Origin: an uncultured Oscillospiraceae bacterium
GTDB lineage: Bacteria; Bacillota; Clostridia; Oscillospirales; Oscillospiraceae
Reading direction: 5' to 3'
Assembly: GCA_910587505.1 (NCBI GenBank)
Contig: CAJULD010000003.1
Coordinates: forward strand, 5,370-69,369
Length of the DNA: 64,000 nt
The position numbers were made by a program, and so were the translations under genes. Below the pieces are notes generated by a model that worked only from the letters and a program-made list of their open reading frames with translations, searched no databases and had not been told where the DNA came from. The number at the start of each line of letters is the position of its first letter. Positions within the stretch are counted from its first letter, which is position 1. Positions 59,948-64,000 of this stretch are shown in pieces.

Positions 59948-60664
59948 ATGGATTTTTTTGTGAAGCACTGGAAAGTCAACCGGAGCGGAATGCTGATGAT
60001 GCTGGCCTGCCAGCTGGGCCTGTTCCTGATGGGCGTGGTCATGGTGCTGGGTATCAACGCCTTCCTCAACGACGACCGGGACTACGCCGCCATCGGCGGC
60101 ATGATGGCCCTGATGGCCACGGTCATGGGAGGCCTCGCCCGGGGTGCCACCGGAATGATCCGGTACCGGCTGGCGGTCTCCATGGGCTACACCCGGCGGA
60201 CCTATATGCTGGTGGACCCGCTCCTGACTCTGATGAACTGCATTGTGGGCGTTGCTTTCGCGTGGGTGCTTAACCAGCTGGAGCTGCGTCTGTACGCCGC
60301 CATCTACCCCGGCTGGGAGCTGGATCTGGACATTTTCCGCGTGATGGAGTGGTGGTATTACCTGGTCCTCATTCTGGGCGTCTGCCTTCTGGACTTCCTT
60401 TTCGGCGCGCTGCTGCTGCGGTTTGGGACCAAAGGCTTTGCCGCCGTGTGGTTCCCGCTGTGCTTTCTGCCCCTGATCATTATGAACAGCGCGGACGCCG
60501 CGAAGGATGGTGGCACCAGCCTGCTGGCTCAGATCGGGCGGGGCATCGCGTTCCTGATCGGGCTGCTCAGCCCCGCCATGTGGGCCGCTGTGGGCGTTGC
60601 GGCGCTTCTGGCGCTTCTGGCCCTGAGCGCGCTGTGCTACAGCAGGGCGGAGATCAGGGCCTAG
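59948..60664 (+). CDS. Hypothetical polytopic membrane protein
   Basis: About 6 hydrophobic helices; same operon. Confidence 0.5.
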   Translation: MDFFVKHWKVNRSGMLMMLACQLGLFLMGVVMVLGINAFLNDDRDYAAIGGMMALMATVMGGLARGATGMIRYRLAVSMGYTRRTYMLVDPLLTLMNCIVGVAFAWVLNQLELRLYAAIYPGWELDLDIFRVMEWWYYLVLILGVCLLDFLFGALLLRFGTKGFAAVWFPLCFLPLIIMNSADAAKDGGTSLLAQIGRGIAFLIGLLSPAMWAAVGVAALLALLALSALCYSRAEIRA

Positions 60665-60691
60665 CCTGGACGTTTGAGGAGGGGAGAGGAA

Positions 60692-61036
60692 TTGTGGTAC
60701 TGGATACCTGTGTTGTGGCTTCTGTTTTTTGTGATATTCCAGCAGAGGAAGACGCAGAAGACGGCGGCGGTCGTGCATCATATCAAAAACAGGAAAAAGG
60801 AGGCTGAGGCCATGGAAGCGCTGGCGAAACAGTTTACCGGCAGGGAGTGCATCATCTACACCATCAGCTCCAATGATGGCAGCATAGCGGGGACGATCCG
60901 GGAGGTCAGCGGCAGCGGGATGCTCATAGAGGACGCCCGGGGCCAGCTGCAGGCGGTCAATCTGGAGTATGTGACCAGGATCAGGGAGTATCCCCGGAAC
61001 AGGAAGGGCAAGAAGGAGTCCGTCATACTGGATTAG
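60692..61036 (+). CDS. Hypothetical protein with N-terminal membrane anchor
   Basis: WYWIPVLWLLFFVIF helix plus an approximately 75-aa soluble tail. TTG start after GAGGAGGGGAGAGGA. The start is uncertain. Confidence 0.4.
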   Translation: MWYWIPVLWLLFFVIFQQRKTQKTAAVVHHIKNRKKEAEAMEALAKQFTGRECIIYTISSNDGSIAGTIREVSGSGMLIEDARGQLQAVNLEYVTRIREYPRNRKGKKESVILD

Positions 61037-61042
61037 ACAACA

Positions 61043-61069
61043 GGACCGGGGCCGCAGAGGCCCCGGTCC
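61043..61069. terminator. Bidirectional stem-loop between convergent genes
   Basis: ggaccggggcc-gcaga-ggccccggtcc. Confidence 0.5.
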
Positions 61070-61084
61070 GATAACTTATATAAC

Positions 61085-61408
61085 TTATAAATTGCGGTCC
61101 CCCCACTCCTTCATGCAGACAATCACCTCCATGAAGCTGCTGCCCAGATCGGAGAGGGCATACTCCACCCGCGGCGGGACCTCGTGGAAGTCGTGCCGGG
61201 TCAGGAAGCCGTCGGCCTCCAGTTCCCGGAGCTGTTTGGTCAGCGACGACTCCGTAATATCGCCCAGCTGGCGGCGCAGCGCGCCGAACCGGCGAATGTC
61301 GCAGAACGCGATATAGTACAGGATCTCCAGCTTCCACTTACCGCCCAGAATCCTTTGCAGCGTGGACATGGTCCTGCAGCGCTGGACCGCCGCCGCTGTT
61401 TTCCTCAT
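61085..61408 (-). CDS. HxlR family transcriptional regulator
   Basis: LQRILGGKWKLEILYYI...RFGALRRQLGDITESSLTKQLRELEADGFLTR...VEYALS. The upstream part of the long ORF was rejected. Confidence 0.8.
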   Translation of the reverse strand: MRKTAAAVQRCRTMSTLQRILGGKWKLEILYYIAFCDIRRFGALRRQLGDITESSLTKQLRELEADGFLTRHDFHEVPPRVEYALSDLGSSFMEVIVCMKEWGDRNL

Positions 61409-61534
61409 CCCGCATCCCTCCCTGATCCGCATTATACCGTGGCAGCATGCAAAAAGCAAGGTACTGCAAAAAAGTACCGTACTTTTCATTTCACCGTACC
61501 GTGCTATAATGGCGGAAAAAAGGAGGTTTCTGCC

Positions 61535-62470
61535 ATGCACTATACCGGAACCATCTGGAGGCCCCCCTATGAGGCCTCTTCCCTCCTGCTGGAGGTCACG
61601 GCGGGCTGCACTCACCACAGGTGCAAATTCTGTACGCTCTACAACGACCTGCCCTTTCCCTTCCGGATGTCGCCTCCTGCGGACATCGAAAGCGACCTGC
61701 GGGAGGCCCAGCTTCTGAGCACGGACCCCATCGCCATGCTGACGGCCCGGATGCAGGGGCTGCCCCGGCCGGAGGCTGTCCGGCGGGTCTTTCTGGTGGG
61801 GGCAAATCCCTTCGTCCTGAAATACGGACGGCTGATGGACATTGCCCGCCTGATCCGGGAATACCTTCCGTCTGTTCGGACCATCGGCTGCTTTTCCCGG
61901 ATCACGGATATCGCGCTGAAGTCGGAGGAGGAGCTGGCGAATCTCCGTCAGGCCGGATACGACGGGCTGACCATCGGGATCGAGACCGGAGACGGGGAGG
62001 CCCTGGAGTTTATGAATAAGGGCTATACTCCCGCCGACATCGCGGCCCAGTGCCGCCGGCTGGACCGGGCCGGCATCGGGTACAGCTTTTTCTACCTGGC
62101 GGGTATTTCCGGGGCCGGACGGGGGGAAGCCGGCGCGGAGGCTACCGCCGCAATCTGCAACCGGCTCCATCCCGTGCGGCTCGGCGTCAATATGCTGACG
62201 GTTTATCCGGACTCGGTCCTGTATCAGGAAATCAAACGGGGCAACTGGCAGGAGGCGGGCGAGTTGGAAAAATACAGGGAGATCCGCACGCTGCTTGCGC
62301 GTCTGGAGATCCCTGTGGAATTCGCGGCGCTGGGCGCGTCAAACGCCGTTCAGCTGCAGGGGAACCTGCCGGAAGACAGGGAGGCCCTGACCGCGGCTCT
62401 TGATGCCGTTATCGAGGCGGGGCGGGAGGACGAGCTGCGGGAGTACCGCACCCGTCTGCGGCATTTATAG
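61535..62470 (+). CDS. Radical SAM superfamily protein
   Basis: TIWRPPYEASSLLLEVTAGCTHHRCKFCTLY cluster motif. AGGAGG RBS and TGCTATAAT -10 upstream. The N-terminal extension of the track ORF was rejected. Confidence 0.75.
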   Translation: MHYTGTIWRPPYEASSLLLEVTAGCTHHRCKFCTLYNDLPFPFRMSPPADIESDLREAQLLSTDPIAMLTARMQGLPRPEAVRRVFLVGANPFVLKYGRLMDIARLIREYLPSVRTIGCFSRITDIALKSEEELANLRQAGYDGLTIGIETGDGEALEFMNKGYTPADIAAQCRRLDRAGIGYSFFYLAGISGAGRGEAGAEATAAICNRLHPVRLGVNMLTVYPDSVLYQEIKRGNWQEAGELEKYREIRTLLARLEIPVEFAALGASNAVQLQGNLPEDREALTAALDAVIEAGREDELREYRTRLRHL

Positions 62471-62471
62471 C

Positions 62472-62951
62472 CTACCGCACCCTGCTTATCACCACGCCGC
62501 CCGCCGCGCCGATGGCCGCTCCGGCCAGAGTTCCGCTGATGAGCAGGACCGGCAGATACCAGCCCAGCCGGGCCGTGCCCAACACGGCCGCTGCCACCAG
62601 CAGCTGGGCCACATTGTGGCAGATTCCCCCGGCAATGCTGACGCCCAGAACGGTAAACCGGTCCAGCCGCTTCAGTCCCGCCATGACCGGCAGGCTCAGG
62701 GCCGCGCCCGCCAGGGAGTAGGCCAGGCTGTAGGCGTTGCCGAAGGACGCGGCGGTAAGCAGCACCCGCGCCAGGGAAATTGCGGCCGCCTCCCGGAAGG
62801 ACAGGCGGTACAGGGCGAACACCACCACCAGATTGGCCAGCCCCGCCTTCATTCCCGGCAGCAGGACCGGCAGAGGGATCATACTCTCCAGCCAGGAAAG
62901 CGTCATGGCCAGGGCCGTCAGGAGCGCATACTGCGCGATATTCTTCCTCAT
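62472..62951 (-). CDS. Gx transporter family membrane protein (heptaprenyl diphosphate synthase component I-like)
   Basis: LESMIPLPVLLPGMKAGLANLVVVFALY pattern; 159 aa, about 5 TM. Confidence 0.65.
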   Translation of the reverse strand: MRKNIAQYALLTALAMTLSWLESMIPLPVLLPGMKAGLANLVVVFALYRLSFREAAAISLARVLLTAASFGNAYSLAYSLAGAALSLPVMAGLKRLDRFTVLGVSIAGGICHNVAQLLVAAAVLGTARLGWYLPVLLISGTLAGAAIGAAGGVVISRVR

Positions 62952-63124
62952 TGCCGCCCTCCTCAGAGCCTGTTCAGGATTTCAACGTGTACGGACTACA
63001 GGTGGATTTTTTGCCCAAAGACGCACAGGGCCGAAGCAGTGCTGACGGATGGCAGGGTTTCTTGAGGATGTCTGAGCGGAAAATCTGCCGTCAGGAAGTG
63101 CGCGTTGAGATGCTGGACAGGTTC

Positions 63125-63490
63125 TCAGCCCACGTCCGCGTCAAAGGGACGCGCCCCGCCGCCCTCTATCCGGATCACCAGATGGTGGGGCAGACAGATA
63201 ATGCGCTCTCCCTCCCGGGAAATCCGGCCCATGCGGACGCAGGTGTTGTCGCCGCAGTTGGCTTCCACCACCGCCGCCCCGCCGCCGGAAATTTGCAGCA
63301 CATTGTAATCCCCGGTTCCCAGCGTTACCGTCCGCTCCTCCGACAGCGGATAGCGGGCCGTCTCCCGGCCGTCCTCCGTCACCACCGCCCAGGCTCCGGC
63401 GCCGCCAGGGCGCAGACACAGATACAGAATTCCTGCCAGCAGCAGCGCCCCCGCCAGCAGCAGCAGGTCTCCCTTTCGCCGTTTATCCAT
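63125..63490 (-). CDS. NusG domain II-containing (DUF1312) protein
   Basis: N-terminal anchor, ...GDYNVLQISGGGAAVVEANCGDNTCVRMGRISREGERIICLPHHLVIRI. Start at internal ATG 63490. Confidence 0.7.
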   Translation of the reverse strand: MDKRRKGDLLLLAGALLLAGILYLCLRPGGAGAWAVVTEDGRETARYPLSEERTVTLGTGDYNVLQISGGGAAVVEANCGDNTCVRMGRISREGERIICLPHHLVIRIEGGGARPFDADVG

Positions 63491-63627
63491 CCCACAGCCT
63501 CCTGCGCATAATTTCACCCGATTCGGGGCAGAGTACACCCGATACTTTTTCCAGGGAAAGAGAAAGTATCCCAAAAGAGCTTTACCTTCGATTGATAACT
63601 AAACGGGAAACAGCATGAGAGGTCTGT

Positions 63628-64000
63628 ATGAGCGTTTCCATTTCCCGCCGGGAGGCAGCGCTGGAGGAATGGCTGCTTCTGTTCCTGTTCCTCTCCGCCG
63701 CCGGATGGGTATGGGAGGTCCTCCTGACGGCCTGCACCACCGGCGTCTGGGTAAACCGGGGCCTGCTCCGCGGGCCCTGGCTGCCGGTATATGGTGTGGG
63801 CGGCGTATTGATGGCGGCGGCGCTGGGCCGGCTTCGCCGGAAATGGCCTGCTCCGCTGCTGGGCGCGCTGACCGGCGGCGCGGTGGAATACGGGACCTCT
63901 CTGGCTCTGGAGCTCCGGTTCCGGCAGCGCTGGTGGGATTATGCCGGGCTGCCCGGCAGTCTGGATGGCCGGGTCTGTCTCGCCAGTCTGGCCGGGTTCG
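63628..64000 (+). CDS. Putative ABC-transporter type IV / DUF1113-like membrane protein (3' end outside window)
   Basis: ORF open to the window end, so absent from the track. FLSAAGWVWEVLL...RGPWLPVYGVGGVL...AVEYGTSLALE...WWDY. Confidence 0.55.
   Translation, partial: MSVSISRREAALEEWLLLFLFLSAAGWVWEVLLTACTTGVWVNRGLLRGPWLPVYGVGGVLMAAALGRLRRKWPAPLLGALTGGAVEYGTSLALELRFRQRWWDYAGLPGSLDGRVCLASLAGF

Noticed and set aside
61184-62170. The track ORFs 61184-62470 (+, 428 aa) and 61085-62170 (-, 361 aa) taken at full length.
   Set aside because: Each is a real gene fused to a shadow extension that runs through the other gene. The HxlR homology covers only the last 107 codons (start 61408), and the radical SAM homology begins at ATG 61535, with its own RBS and -10 box.

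Overview
This is a 64-kb, densely coding chromosomal segment with about 70 protein genes. Gene content (Csp/SleC germination proteases, a GerA/SpoVAF-type protein, YceD-L32, HolA, Lgt) suggests a high-GC, spore-forming Firmicute, probably an Oscillospiraceae-like member of the Clostridia; that taxonomic placement is inference. I recognised no rRNA, tRNA, CRISPR array, transposase, integrase or prophage genes.

Main blocks, left to right:
- Truncated ABC exporter, then a thioredoxin lipoprotein, a 50-aa CXXC peptide and a NapH-like polyferredoxin trio.
- AraC regulator.
- Divergent sleC-like gene and two tandem Csp-type S8 proteases.
- holA, a Toprim protein and a GNAT acetyltransferase.
- An approximately 10.6-kb minus-strand sugar/polyol catabolic operon: BtpA/SgcQ, KGPDC/HPS-like, Zn-ADH, M42 peptidase, FGGY kinase, CUT1 ABC importer without an ATPase, CoA-acylating aldehyde dehydrogenase and a PPC-domain protein. 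A divergent DeoR regulator faces it.
- TepA/ClpP-like protease, BlaI/BlaR1-like pair, yceD-rpmF, GT2-TPR glycosyltransferase, YyaL-like thioredoxin-domain protein, an orphan GerA-family protein and a flavodoxin-like protein.
- An AT-rich orphan spacer of about 0.9 kb.
- M16 peptidase pair and lgt.
- Tetrapyrrole operon (cbiL, sirC-like, hemC, cobA-hemD, two unknown inserts, hemB).
- Anomeric-sugar-kinase and nucleotidyltransferase operon, a PocR-AraC regulator and a second ATPase-less CUT1 importer; both flanking operons share a duplicated promoter module.
- A hairpin-rich spacer.
- VanY-like peptidase downstream of a response regulator, histidine kinase and accessory-protein operon.
- Zinc-ribbon protein, polysaccharide deacetylase and XRE-TPR regulator.
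- YtrA-type GntR/ABC module.
- HxlR regulator divergent from a radical SAM gene, then Gx transporter, a NusG-II protein and a truncated DUF1113-like membrane protein.

Many long ORFs in the supplied track are antisense or alternative-frame shadows typical of high-GC DNA, and I rejected them. All family calls rest on motifs read by eye from the translations. No database search was run.
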